This document shows, piece by piece, positions 50,900 through 63,579 of a stretch of 64,000 nucleotides of DNA (position 1 is the stretch's first letter; the number at the start of each line of letters is the position of its first letter). The notes under the pieces are model-generated. The model ran no database searches. It saw only the letters and a list, made by a program, of their open reading frames with translations, and was not told where the DNA came from. The DNA comes from Botryllus schlosseri. Its lineage: Eukaryota. The DNA is taken from positions 21,640,001 to 21,704,000 of the forward strand of contig CM119371.1 in NCBI GenBank assembly GCA_051294905.1, in the 5' to 3' direction. A program made the position numbers and the translations under genes.

Positions 50900-53640
50900 T
50901 TTATTTTCATGTTCTATTGGTGGTCGCAGGAGGTCGGTGAGTTTCATCACCTTTGGATGAACTCTAAGTGTCTTTCTCTTTCTTGAACACTTCGCGCCTA
51001 CGTCGGAAATCTCGGCGAAGACTCTGTAATATATGAAATATATCTTATAACATAACTGGGGGCTGGCCATCAACAAGAGCGAATTTGCTTCAGACAAAAC
51101 TATATTGCTGTATTAACACAGTTCAGTAGCCTATTCACTATGGGCTACCAGTACCCCATATGTTAACATTTTCGTGTTAAATTGTGATTGTTATAAGCAA
51201 GCAGAGCACCACAATAGTTAATTGTTATTGTCAATGTGTTGCAGAGCTCTGATTGTTTAAAATATTGCAGATGTCAGATTTTTCAGGGCGATTTTAAGGC
51301 ATTTCTAGTGCCCATACCGCATTTTAATTTCTATTTTGGAAATCACCGTTACACTAGCTTTTCATTAGGGCCGGATTCATTAATATTTTGCGCCCCAGTT
51401 GCCAGCTGTGAGATCACCAATAAAGGTGCCTTTGCACTGCCCAGCAGTGAACGCAAGCAGCTGAGCCGAGCGAAGAAACATAATCAGTCATTGCCATTAC
51501 GGGTTGACATTTGATAGTCTAACTCTCACTCAGCTTACCTTTACATAAACTCCAACGTGGCTGTTAGTTCGCTCGGGTATTCCAGGTTGAAAACATAGAA
51601 TGTGACGAACAGATACGCCAAAGCAACGTAGAAGGAGTCCGTGGTGAATATCATTGATCTTTCGGCAGTTACCACAAACTCCTTCACATTGTAGTTCGAT
51701 GAGCCTGAAAATGAACAAAAGTTGTAAAGTAGTCAGCGCTGCTACTCAACTAGATGTATGGCTACTGTCATAAATTTATACTCAATTACGAGTAGAAGAA
51801 GCATAAAAATCCAACCACTCGAGTGTAGTGCTAGTAGGCACTTCAAAAGAGCCAGGCATCAATATAAGGTTAATTATCCTCTCAGGATCCATGACTAACA
51901 CAAAAATGCATTGTTAGTATGCAGCACATCTAACGCCATTGGCTAGGTTATGAAATAGAGACTGTGCAGACAACCAGAGGCGCTGGTCAGTAATCAAGTA
52001 TATCTATATCTATTATTTTGGCATACTCAAGTAGGTTTGCCAATGTTGCCTACTTGAGCTACTTATATTCTAGTGGTTGTGGCATTTGACTACTTCCACT
52101 TGTACGAAACAGTGATGGGCAGAACTACTGACTTTCAAGTGTTCAGATTTTGTAAAGTAGGTATGGGAAGTTTTTCATATTCACAACTACGGCATAACTA
52201 TTGACAAGATAGTGAGTACCTGTGACTGTCTTATCAGTGGTACCAACTTGCTCGCACTCCCTATCTCTACACCACGCACACCCGCGGAGGTAACAAATTT
52301 CCAGCGAAACCAAAAATTAGACGATTTTTACATTCATATCAAACCGACTTGTGCAATACAAAACCGGACACATTTTCATAATCGAGACTTATGCCGCTAT
52401 TCTGTGCATGTCACTTACTGACAATAGCAGGGGTGGGCAATCATTTTTACACTACAAACTGGTTTCAACATGCAATGATTTAATACTTAATTCAATTTGA
52501 GGCTCAAATCATTATGCCCGACCTAAGTCCATGAGATTCGCACGATGACTTTATACTTGCAATAAATTCAGTAACAGTCAGTTAGTCATCAGTGTGAACG
52601 TGACCCATACTTTATATACATAAATACTTACCGATTGTAATCAAGAATGGGTGGTTCGGCGTATCTGCCATTAAATCTTGAGCAATTTCCTGAAAACAGA
52701 TATGCATGTGTGAGCAATGATTCCAATATCATTTTTGTGTAGTGAAAGTCTTTACCGGAGGACAGGCAACAACAAGATTATTAAACAAAGTTATTACACC
52801 AACAATAGAACAGAACTACATTGGAAACATTCACAAAATAGGTTTTGGGGCTAATATAATACTAACCATTCTTTTGAACAATTGAGGATGCCAAGAGAGG
52901 AAGCATATGATTCTGATTTCGTTATCTCCGATATAGTTGAAAGTCTTGACAGTGTTTCTGTACTTTCTGCGCCGTCATTTTTTAATGTCCTGTGAAGAGT
53001 ACAATTAGCATTTATTTAAAATGAGAGAAAAGATAACAGGTATCACGTTGATATAATTGTCTTTGAAAAATTTTTCTACTGCAGTAACTTTGCTTCTAGT
53101 GGTTGGAATTGAGCCAAATTTAGTATGCATCATCTCTACTGACAGCCTAACAATTTTATGGGGTGGACAGAAAATTTTTGAAATTTTTATTTTTTAATGA
53201 TAATTTCAAAACTTTCTACTACAAGAATCACGCTTCTACCGGTTAGGATTGAGCCAAAAATGGTGTGAAGCATTTTTTTAACCAACCCAACAATTTTATC
53301 AAGTAGCCAGTGAAATCTGAAGGAATTTCATTTTTTGAACAGCCCTATAGTGTGTAGCCTATTTATGAGATTACAAAAAAATCTTGCTTACTTTTGAATG
53401 CGAGGCCAGTTATTGTCCATCTTGCAAATTAAGAATTGCTTGGAATTTCCTGTCCCAGTGAGAATACCATAATGTTGAAACATGAACTCAACTTCAAAGA
53501 GAAAGGGCCACATTTCTCAGATTGTTGATACTGCAGCAGGTTGATTGATTGTCTTTCTTTGGAATGGATACGGTATGTAGTTTACATTAGCATTCTCACT
53601 TTCTCTCTGTCTGGAACTGCCTTTCTGCTTTCTTCGATAA
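50900..53640 (-). pseudogene. Multi-exon SAMD3-like accessory gene of the EnSpm element
   Basis: Exons ~53392-53640, ~52868-52989, 52632-52689, 51539-51704 and 51023 downward; GT-AG borders; FVTFYVFNLEYP..LEFM*R, RVFAEI..VHPKVMKL. Confidence 0.75.
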
Positions 53641-53658
53641 GACATTTCTGGTCAGCGC

Positions 53659-54160
53659 TCAGTGAGATGTACTGGTAAGTTCTGTATTTTCTTGCTCCAT
53701 GATTGAGGCTTTAACCTGTTTTACAATCTCGTCACAATGGGAAGCTAATAGCTTACGCAGCTCAGCCATGATGTCTTGCACTGTAGTTGAAGGAATGAGG
53801 TTTTTGTACTCCATCCTCATTGCAAACATAATGCTCGGGTTATCATTCCTAAATTTCTCTTCCTGAGCGTTGTCGCTCGTTACATCGGCAGCAGACAACA
53901 GATCCTGGGCGATTGAACTCTGGCTTGTACTAGCAGTATTATGGTTAGTTGGCTGAATCACATTGGTCTGATCCGAAACGGTATGATATCGGCTAACATG
54001 ACTGGAAAATGACGATATCACGTCATACCTCTTGGAACAGTGCAGATAAGGACACTTGACGAATAATCCGCTTCCAATATGGCTTTTCAGGTGACAAAAG
54101 ATATCTGATGTTGAAGAAAGTTCCATACCGCAGATGACCACCGGGCATTTCAAATCTACT
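53659..54160 (-). pseudogene. N-terminal double C2H2 zinc-finger region of an EnSpm transposase-like ORF
   Basis: CPVVIC..HLKSH and CPYLHC..HVSRYH, followed by MEYKNLIPSTTVQDI. Confidence 0.75.
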
Positions 54161-55627
54161 ACCATTTCTTTAGTTAGACACCAACACAGCTTCCTCCTAA
54201 ATCCGAGATTTCGCCTGACATGCGACGGCAACACCTACAGACCTACATCCTAGCACGTGAATCAGTAACTTGTCACGACCTGGTGAACACAAATTCTTGG
54301 ATTGTTACGTAACTATGCCGAATTTCATTCCTGGGTGATTTGGCGCGATTCTGAGTTCTGATGCTCTGCCGATAATAATTGGATTTTCAAATTCGGTGTG
54401 ACAATAGCAATCGAATAATACCAATTACTATAAATTCTGAGCCGTTGATGATGAATTACGGTATCATCACAGCTGAGGCTTGGCCTATATGTATACCTCA
54501 GATCTCCTTTTACGCTTTATTTTTGAAGAATAAATACGCAAATTTCGTGGTTCGCAAATCTCATGGTCTGAAAATGATCAATATTTAGTCATTCAGGAGG
54601 ATTGATACACAGTACCAATAATCCGTATCATAGTAATAATTGACGGGTTGACTAAAAACGATAGTAAATTATGTTACTACAGCAATTCGTATTTGTTTTA
54701 CTAATTAATAGGTGTAAATTTACTAATTTTTCTAACAGTGTAGGCTATCACTTCATTGAATACAGGGTTAGAATTAGCAATATGACGTCACGTCACGTCA
54801 TGAGGTTCACGTTCGTGTTCACACAGAACCTTTCAAAAAGGTTCGCGTTCACACGAACCTGAACCTTTCAGAGGTTCACACCATCCCTGCCGACAAGGCT
54901 ACGAAAAAGTCCGAGATTACAGCGATTGCCGCCGGGGGTTAGAGCAAGAAACAGATGTGTTAATCGCCATGAGTAAGCGGATCGCATTCCAGGAGTTTCT
55001 TTACTTGTCTAGAGTTATTAGCGCCAGAGATAAGCACTAAGCAGATCACCAGAGGTAAGCATACGAATGGATTCCGAACTACCAACAAGATGAAATATTG
55101 CACTGTTTACTGCGGTGGGAAGATATTACCTAATCGACCTTTCTGTACCGGCCACCAAAATCTTCAAACTATTTCTATCGGTATACGACACACCACTTGT
55201 TGCATTTTCAACACTATTGGGCGGCGGGTGGCGCATGTTCTCTGGCAGTAATCTTATCAACTATACTGCAACTTTCAGCGCGATCGCAAATATCATCGTC
55301 TTCCGGTTGGATCTGCTTCCTAACAGAAGGCTAATCCGACCCAAACATTTTAACCCCGAAGGGAACGGTGTATCCGTTTAAACAATTCGTTTGAACGCCA
55401 TGTAACGCCAAAAGGCAACGACCTTCTTCTATATATACGAAAACCGTCGGCGACTTACTACACTAGGCGACATTTTTCAACTTTTATCTAACAATCATTC
55501 GGCTTTACTTAATTTGACCATGGAGATTCCGAATTTGCAGTCAGAATTCCCCATTAAGTCACACCTTTTTCGAAAAATTGAATGGGAATCTTACTGGGAC
55601 TCTAGTCCCCCATTACAGCTCAAAAGC

Positions 55628-55792
55628 CGACATGGGGTAATCGTGTTTAGTAATCGTAATCAATTACGACGATTACTGCATTTTCTAGTAATCGTATTCG
55701 CAATCGATTACATTTGAAAAATTTGCGAAGTAATCGTGATCGTAATCGATTGGATTGTATTTTCAATCTATTATTTCGTAAAAATGCGATTA
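55628..55792 (+). mobile_element. Left end of another (GTAATC)n hAT copy
   Basis: Matches 15311-15480. Confidence 0.8.
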
Positions 55793-56973
55793 CTCTACTG
55801 CAGAGGTTCTCAACTTCCCCTGTATAACGGGCCGCATTATAACAGCGAAAAACGCTGCAGGCCGTAGAACATTATTGCCATGTATTTATGGGCTACTATT
55901 TAATTTAGGCTACTGTATACTATTTACCAGTCGTATACGGGCATTTAGTACACTTTTAAGCATTCTCAGGCATGGACAGCGTTCGTAAATTTGCGGTTGC
56001 TGTTTTTTGCGAGAATAGGTGTCATCCGGCATTGGTCCGGTATATGCACCTTTAAATTATCCCTTCCACCATATAACCGAACTGCATGTTTAAATGCGTC
56101 AGCGAGAAAGTTTAAAATTACGGTAACTTTTTCGTGACAGAGGCCATATCACTTTGAGCTCTCAGTGGTATGAGAAGAAGTCAGGCGTTCGGGATCATTT
56201 CTGAGCAAACCAATCAACCCTTCTTCTTTCCTTACATGGCGGAAGCCATGCACCAATAGTTACAGAAGTCAGCTTGGTCAAGTTGATGATTTACGCTGTT
56301 CCCCTCCCCACGTTTGGCCTGCCAGCATTGCCTCTGCAAATATGTCCACTCTGATAGAATGCAACCAGATAATTATAGCTATGCAAGTTCTGAAGTCGGT
56401 GGATTTGTCCAATTTTTGGTGGCTAAAGTGACTCTATACGCGGCAACGTGTTTCAGAACCTGCGATAAAGGATCGAATGACATTATTGTTTTTGTTACTC
56501 TCCTGGTCATGGTGGAATCAGATAACAGATAACAGATAAATTTGTCCGATGATGTTTTACATGCTGCTAAGATTTGGAAACAGCGAATATTCGCACAGTA
56601 TATTAAAGTTTTATTGAAATAACACCTTTTCTAGCATATTTCTTGGGTTTCGCGATATACCAAGCAATTTTGAACGATGCATCTGTTCCATCGTCGGCAA
56701 CTTTAACAACGTCTCTAAATATGGATTTCCGGCTTGACACCTAGCTGGTAACGTTTTCTAAGATCAGGCAATATGTAGCCTATAACTATACAGAAGAAAC
56801 TGCGGTGATATCATTTTAAGCTACTACGCTTCGTTACGACAAATGTTCTTCGACAAATATAACACATCGGTTTTCCATTTATATCTGAGAAAGCAGATTG
56901 ATTTTTCCATGCAGAGCTACGTTACAAACCCAGTTTTCGCTGTTTAATTTCCCGTTCCTCGATCTTGTTTCTG

Positions 56974-59675
56974 CATAGGTGTATGGGAGAAAAAACTTTT
57001 GGGGATGCGAATTTTTTTTGCCCAAATAGACGGTGAGCGACAAAAGTAGTTATAAAGCACCTAATAGTGTAAATGACGCGGTGGGAAGAACTTTACCCAT
57101 ATTTAGGACAAACTGCAATACAGTCAAAGCAAGATAACCCATCACTGAAGCGAAATCCAAAATTATTTCAAGGCTCGGATATTTATGGGCAGTCAGTATC
57201 ACCAATTCAAAAAAAGTATTTGTCTCAGCCACTGCCATGATGCATACCAAATAGACTTACATCAATGATGTGCTCAATATTGACGATAGGTAAAATACCG
57301 CCATGTTGATAAGTTGTGCTTGACCCATAGTCTATCTGAGATGTTTTTTAGTCTTTTCAACTTCGAAAGTGCACTTTCAGAACCGCAGTCAGAATTTTTC
57401 CATCGTTGTAAGATGAGTCTTGCACTTTGCATGATTAACCAATTTATGAGGCATCCTCCAATGCGAATACTTGCATCCATCATTTGATTTGTTGAATTTC
57501 AGGCATGGACAGCGTTTCATAGTCTTGTCATTTTTGTTACAAGTTATCCAGGGATGAGTTTTGAAGACTTGAGATTTCGTTTAGAAGAGTTGGATTGAAA
57601 TCTCCTGTTTCTCATCGCCATAGGCTATTTCTTTGGATTGTAGCATTGTAAAATTTGTCGATGCATGTCGGTTGATGTCCGAAAACTTTCTCTTTTGATG
57701 ATTATCCATTGGATTACCTGGGTAAAATTCAAAACCTTTACCGACTTTTTAGTAGATACACTATTATTTACTATTTCTCAAGTTAGCGAGCAACTGATCT
57801 CCACTTACATGGTGGAGAATACCGTATACCTGATAGGCGAAAACTACAAGAACTAGTTTATATACTGCTTATCATCAAAGCTAACATAATTTCATGCAAA
57901 ATCCCGATTGAAAGAGACATACAGCTAACCTGCTTTCTGTATAAATTTTGAATCCAACAAATTCCCGACATCGCGACACTTCTTATTCCCCCTCAACCAA
58001 CACACCCTCAGCTAACACAAAAGACAATGACATTTTTCATTGCAATTCGGCATAAATAAAGTGGCAGAGATAGGTATGACATGAGCCAACAAACCAAACA
58101 TACATTCTGTTGGATTAGTGTGCGATGAACCATAGCTGCAATAATGCCTGTGATATTAGATTGCCTTTTCCAAGATATGATTCAAGTTTAACGATATGAT
58201 ATCATTTTTACCTTATGCAGAAATTGTCCCTTGGTTTATGCGACGTCAGTCGTGTTCATCTCATATCCGGATTGATAGACTGAACATGTTCGTTCACCTA
58301 TGACCTCTAATGTTTTGTTCCAACCCAGTGACCACTACTGACGAGTCTACTACGTCCAGCTTGTCGTGTTATTTTTGGCGATGACCAAAACTCGTTGATG
58401 AGCAATAAGAAATTTAGCATCCTGAAAGCTGCATACTTAGGAAATCCATGAATTTAACTTCCTTCACATTTTTAAACTTATTGCTTTGCAAGAAAATGTA
58501 GGTACAGTTATTGTTTCAAAGAAAAATGCAGGTTACGTACCGTACCGGTAACGTTTTCTATTAGTACGTTGGGCTGACCGAATCTAGAAGTTATTCTAAT
58601 AAAGAATTAGATTGCAAGTCTGGTGTCAATCATTATTATCTCATAACAGGTTTTATGATTTAGAAATATGAATATCTTATGCCATAGAAGAAGAAGCGTA
58701 AAATATCGACTTTACGGCCATAAGAAGATGGAAGATTTGGTGCAGATGGTCCATCGACGGCCATAATATGCTGAAACTAAGATCTAAGTAAGTGGAAAAG
58801 ATGTCTGAAGAGGGGAACGCCATCCATTCGAGTTCCGGGCTAATCTGATGGAGGATTGCCGAATGTCCATAGGTGACATAGTGGACAGTGATACGGTCAT
58901 AATATGCTGAAACCAGGATCATAAGTATGTAGAAAAACATTTCTAAGGAGAGGAAAGGCCAACCATGCATGTTCCAGGCTAATTTGACAGAAGATTGCCC
59001 AATGTCCATTGATGACATAGCGGACAGTGATACGGTCATAATATCCGGTATGTAGAAACCAGGATCATGAATATGTGGAAAACATTTCTAAAGAGACGAA
59101 AGGCCAACCATGCGCGTTCCAGGCTAATTTGACAGAAGATTGGCCAATCTCCATCGATGACATAGCGGACTGTCATACGGTCATAATATGTAGAAACCAA
59201 GATCATAAATATGTGGAAACCATTTCTGAAGATCTGGGAAACCCAACTATGCGAGTTCCAAGCTAATCTGGGGGAAGATTGCCCAATGTCCATCAATTAC
59301 ATAGCGGATATGCGGATACGGTCATAATATGCTGAAACCTCAATCAAAATATGTGGATAATGGAAATTTTGATGCTCGCTTCATACGCTTGTCATGGTGC
59401 CGTTAACTCCATAAAGGGCATACGAAAAGTCCTCGAATTAATAACATATACTGCAATGAATGTATTGCCTTGAAAAAATATACCTGTTACTATAAATATA
59501 TACCTACTCCACGTATATTGTACAATTTTCTGTCAATGCTAATGTAATATAGTAATGAAGCAGATTAGAGTATTCTTTTGAAGTTATAGTGAAACTAAAA
59601 TAATCAATTTGCCAAAAATTCCAAACATTTGGGGATGCGGCCGCATTCGTCGCATACCCCTCCCATACGCTGGTG
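56974..59675 (-). mobile_element. Nested hAT (Tip100-like) derivative
   Basis: Imperfect TIR ca..gYgtatgggag; TSD tgtttctg (56966-73, 59676-83); SESALSKLKRLK dimerization remnant near 57370. Confidence 0.82.
58740..59345. repeat. Tandem repeat, ~140-bp unit, about 4.5 copies
   Basis: ggtcataatat..gaaacc recurs near 58760, 58895, 59034, 59179 and 59320. Confidence 0.88.
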
Positions 59676-61414
59676 TGTTTCTGTACAAGCCATTCGCGGT
59701 GTAAAAGTGTACTACACTACAGCGGGATTCTCTTGGAACAAGAGTACAGCGGAATACCGATTCAATACAATAACAATCAACTCGAGCAAATATCAAGAAA
59801 CTAGAACACAACAACGAATGAGTTAATTGTCAATGATGATTACAAATACAATTAATATGTAACAATACAGTGCCTGTAGTAATTGCGTTCGTGATGAAAG
59901 ACGTCGCGGTAAGCAAAATAACCGCCTGCGGGCCGCGGGTTGAGAACCCCTGCTCTACTGATTGATAGGAAGTTGCGAACGCGAGTCGGAAATACAATTG
60001 CGCTATGATGTTGGTACATATCAATTGTCGTAACGTCTGCACCGTTAAGTGTTAACAAGGTATCAGTATTATTGCGTCATATCCATGAACTCGCAAATTC
60101 TCTCAATCACTCAATCGCTCCATCGTCAATCATCACGTCGTAGCCTACTTGTGACATCGAGCGGTAGATAAATAAGTATGACAGAGAAGTGCGACGCTCT
60201 GCCTCATTTTGAGTCACCTACCACTGGAGCCGCTGGTTCTCTAAAAGTGAAGTGTAAGCAAAAGCACTGCTCCGCTTGTATTTCCTCTTACGGTACGACG
60301 ATGTCGGATTTAGTAGCGCATATGAATGTAGTGAGATTGGCTAAGGATGTTATTATAGTTGCTAGACTTCAAATGCGCCCTCATTACGCGATGCTAATTA
60401 ATCGAATGAGATGAATAGCATTAATGGCGACCGATCAATTAGCGTCAACAGATGCCAATACTACGTATACAAGTGTTAGACGTGATATCCATTGACCGTT
60501 TCATTACATTCATCGACTAAGCTCGGCACCTGCACACCTCGTGGTGGTAGGTTTGGTTAAAGGTTCTGATTTGTATCATCTCTTGAGAAGTTGGTTAATT
60601 TTGGATGTCACGCGTGGCATCAATATGTAGAACAGTAGGCTGCCTGTGCGACCTTTTTGACAAGTAGGCCAGGATTGCGGGACGCACATAGGCTACATTA
60701 GGTGTAGAAAAGTAGCGCCAAGCACGAAAATATTATTCTCAGGTGATAGAGAAGTTGTGTCGAAAATGTTCGTGTGCTGTTTCAGCATATGCATATCTTG
60801 GTGTTTTTTGGCTCGGTTCCTAATCCACCATAACTTTCTCAATTGCATCACACCAATCGAAATCGACATTTATTCGCATGCCTCATTTGGCCTGCGGTGC
60901 GCGGACACACAATGTAGACCAGGGGTGGGCAACATACGGCCCGCGAGCCGGATCCGGCCAGCGACCGGATCAATTTGTGTATTGACTCGACTTTCACTCG
61001 AGTCAATAGGCCTGTTTACATGTCTGACTCGACTTGAACTTTAAGCGGTCTTCGTTGACGTAAAGCGACTTCTCCGAGCTGACTCGCAAAATTGCCCTGC
61101 TTACATGTTCCTTCGTTGAGTTGTATTGTGGACGACCAGGTTTCGCTGTTACCTCTTAATACAATATGTGTTAGTAGTATGTATGGTGATGGATAGTTGG
61201 AAATAGGCAATGTACCATGGAAGAGTGTTTCGTCCCATTCTGAGACGTTTCTTATCCTCAAAATGGACGAGGACGTACTGATAATATTGATATTTGAGGG
61301 GTAAAATGACTATATTCATACGATGATTACAGACCAGGGAAAACAACAAAATTAGCTAGCTTTTTCGACATCAGCAAATGTGGGTCATGGAGTGATCACT
61401 GTTTTGCCATAGAG

Positions 61415-62188
61415 CGGGGGTGGGCAATTATTTTTCTCCGCGGACCAATTGAGTAACAGAATATTCGTTGGTGGGCCGATTCAAAATGTTTAGTAATGTT
61501 CTCCAGCGTATTAATTTTATTTCCAACATGAGGCGGTACTGTTTGTCAACGTTTCTTAGCCGCCGTGCCTTTTAGCAGCACACTACGCAGAGTTGCATGT
61601 GCGCCCAAACGTTTTTGTCAACGTCTTGATGTATCGTGACGCGGCAACGGCCGACGCCGAAATAATAATCATGCTGATCTCAATAAATTAAGCGTTTTTT
61701 CGGGTAGAGGGGTACCCATATTAATATCAAGACACCCAACCGCGCTAAATCGCGCGAATCGCGAAGAAATTGGAATAAGTTTTATACATCTGAAAAATAC
61801 TCTAAAATTTTGGTTAGTTTACGAAATAAATTTGGGCATCTTCAAGTTAGGGCCCCCTCAAATTGGGGGTTTGAGCTCTGTGTTTAGTTCTCCATACCGT
61901 CTTTGAATTTCAGCTTTCTGCTTTGTTTTTCTGACATGCCCGTTCATCCTTTATGGATGATGATGTCTCATAGTATAAACGAGGTTTGAACTAAATTATG
62001 GAAACAATGACTTCTTGTGACTGCGTATTCGCTTCAAAGTAAACCAATTTCCGTTCCGCTTCAGTGTATACAGCCTATGGTTTTATTCCACGCAACAACA
62101 TTCAAAAGTAGGCTTTATGGGCCGCAAGCCGCGGAGTATAGCATCGCGGGCCGCATTTGGCCCGCTGGTCGCACTTTGCCCAGGTCTG
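61415..62188. mobile_element. Old hAT-Charlie-type MITE
   Basis: cgggggtgggcaa/ttgcccaggtctg; TSD ccatagag/ctctagag (6/8). Confidence 0.65.
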
Positions 62189-62331
62189 CTCTAGAGCTTA
62201 GAGGGCATATGATACTAAAGGATGAATATACCTGTCAATCGGGCAACCGGGCCAGAATTAGTCAATATGTCCTTAAGTGCTATAGGCAGGAATAAGCTAT
62301 AATGCGTGTATATGAGTCATACCATCTAATA

Positions 62332-63412
62332 CAGTGGTCGGGAACCTATGGCTCGCGAGCCATATATGGCTCTTTTGGGTAAAGATATGGCTCTTTGCCA
62401 AAATTCATTTTTGTACTGAATTGATCAATATTGCAGCGACTTGTTGGTAAATATTCATCACGGCTAGAATAATTATTCTCGTGGCAGTATAACCATGTCT
62501 TTGAAAGGTAAAGACAATGCCGTCTTCAGGTTTAGGGGCTCGGCTCGGACCCCTTCTTTTCAAAATCATCAAATTTAAGTTACTGCCACGCTGGCGGCCA
62601 ATATCACTCGCGAATTCTATGTACTCGACTCGGAATTTTGAATTGTGCGATACGTTGATTAATCAAAGAGCATATTAAGCAGACATGGCGACACCCATTT
62701 CAAAACGCAGTTTTCAAATACACATTGTCTTCCTGATCTACGGCGCAAAATGAACTGTTGTGGATGTGAAATTCACAATTACAAACTCGAATTACAAACA
62801 ACGCCATAGCATCCACGTTCTTGATTGGTAAGTTTAGCTCTGTGTAGTACCGGCGATAAAATGTATTGGTGTAGCGTAACGTTATATTACCGCCGAATAC
62901 TTTGATAACTGAGAAGTCGATTAGTACCGTATTTAGATTTTCGGAATCAGTGTGACAGTCACATTCGATTGATATCGGTTATAATAAATTCTTACGATGA
63001 ATTGCATTATCAATGTTGAGGCTTGGCCCGTCTGTGCTTTACCACTCGTTTCGAGCTTGATTTTCGAACAATAAATACCAGTTTTTACAGAGAAAATATG
63101 GCGCACACGAAGAATTCCAATATACAATTGAATAGTATTTTCATATCGAAATAAACCCGAATATTTTCGGCTGACACTCGTCAGGTTTCGAGTTTATTTC
63201 AATATGAATATACTATTCAATTGTATATTGAAGTTCTGTACATCCAAGAAGCTCTATGAAGAATTCCATGTAGTGAGTTCGAATTAGTGCTAGACGTCAT
63301 GAATTTTCAATTGTGACGTAACGGTTGATTGACATGTATGGCTCTTTGGGAGTTGAGATGGAAAAAATAGGGCCAATATGGCTCTTCGGACAAAAAAGGT
63401 TCCCGACCACTG
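62332..63412. mobile_element. hAT-Charlie-type MITE containing a hammerhead palindrome
   Basis: Perfect 16-bp TIR cagtggtcgggaacct; TSD atctaata (62324-31, 63413-20); atatggctc repeats. Confidence 0.93.
63153..63187 (-). ncRNA. Hammerhead ribozyme core, same family as 11526; stem I disturbed by the inversion junction
   Basis: Minus strand reads aaac-CTGACGA-gtgtcagcc-GAAA-atat-TC-gggttt. Confidence 0.75.
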
Positions 63413-63579
63413 ATCTAATACAAGAAAATTCACTGTCAACCCACGGAGACCTAGAGAGAACTCTGTTTTTTAGAAATTTTTGTACATCATATGAAATCAT
63501 CATTTCAGTCAATAATCTGATTCTTGCGGGGTCGGGCTACATAATATGATACTACAAACTACCCACTAAATGACGGACC

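Larger units (their letters stand above)
50538..54740 (-). mobile_element. CACTA/EnSpm element (CACTG terminus), internally deleted
   Basis: TIR cactgttagaaaaatt; 2-bp TSD TA; tagtaa subterminal repeats; coding remnants inside. Confidence 0.9.
49702..54889. mobile_element. Probable hAT non-autonomous element with gttcac/gaacc subterminal repeats
   Basis: Ends tagggatgg/ccatccctg; no TSD recovered. Confidence 0.55.
55801..59952 (-). mobile_element. hAT-Charlie/Buster element with decayed transposase remnants
   Basis: TIR cagRggttctcaac; TSD ctctactg (55793-800, 59953-60); SAM*GKKKGLIGLL near 56200. Confidence 0.88.

Noticed and set aside
53659..54234. Host C2H2 zinc-finger transcription factor
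   Set aside because: It lies between CACTA TIRs and is truncated, so it is best explained as transposon-encoded.
63109..63268. gaagaattcca direct repeat as an 11-bp TSD of the hammerhead palindrome
   Set aside because: The same ctatgaagaattcca sequence flanks the 11.3-kb copy (reverse complement near 11266-11281), so it is probably element-internal.
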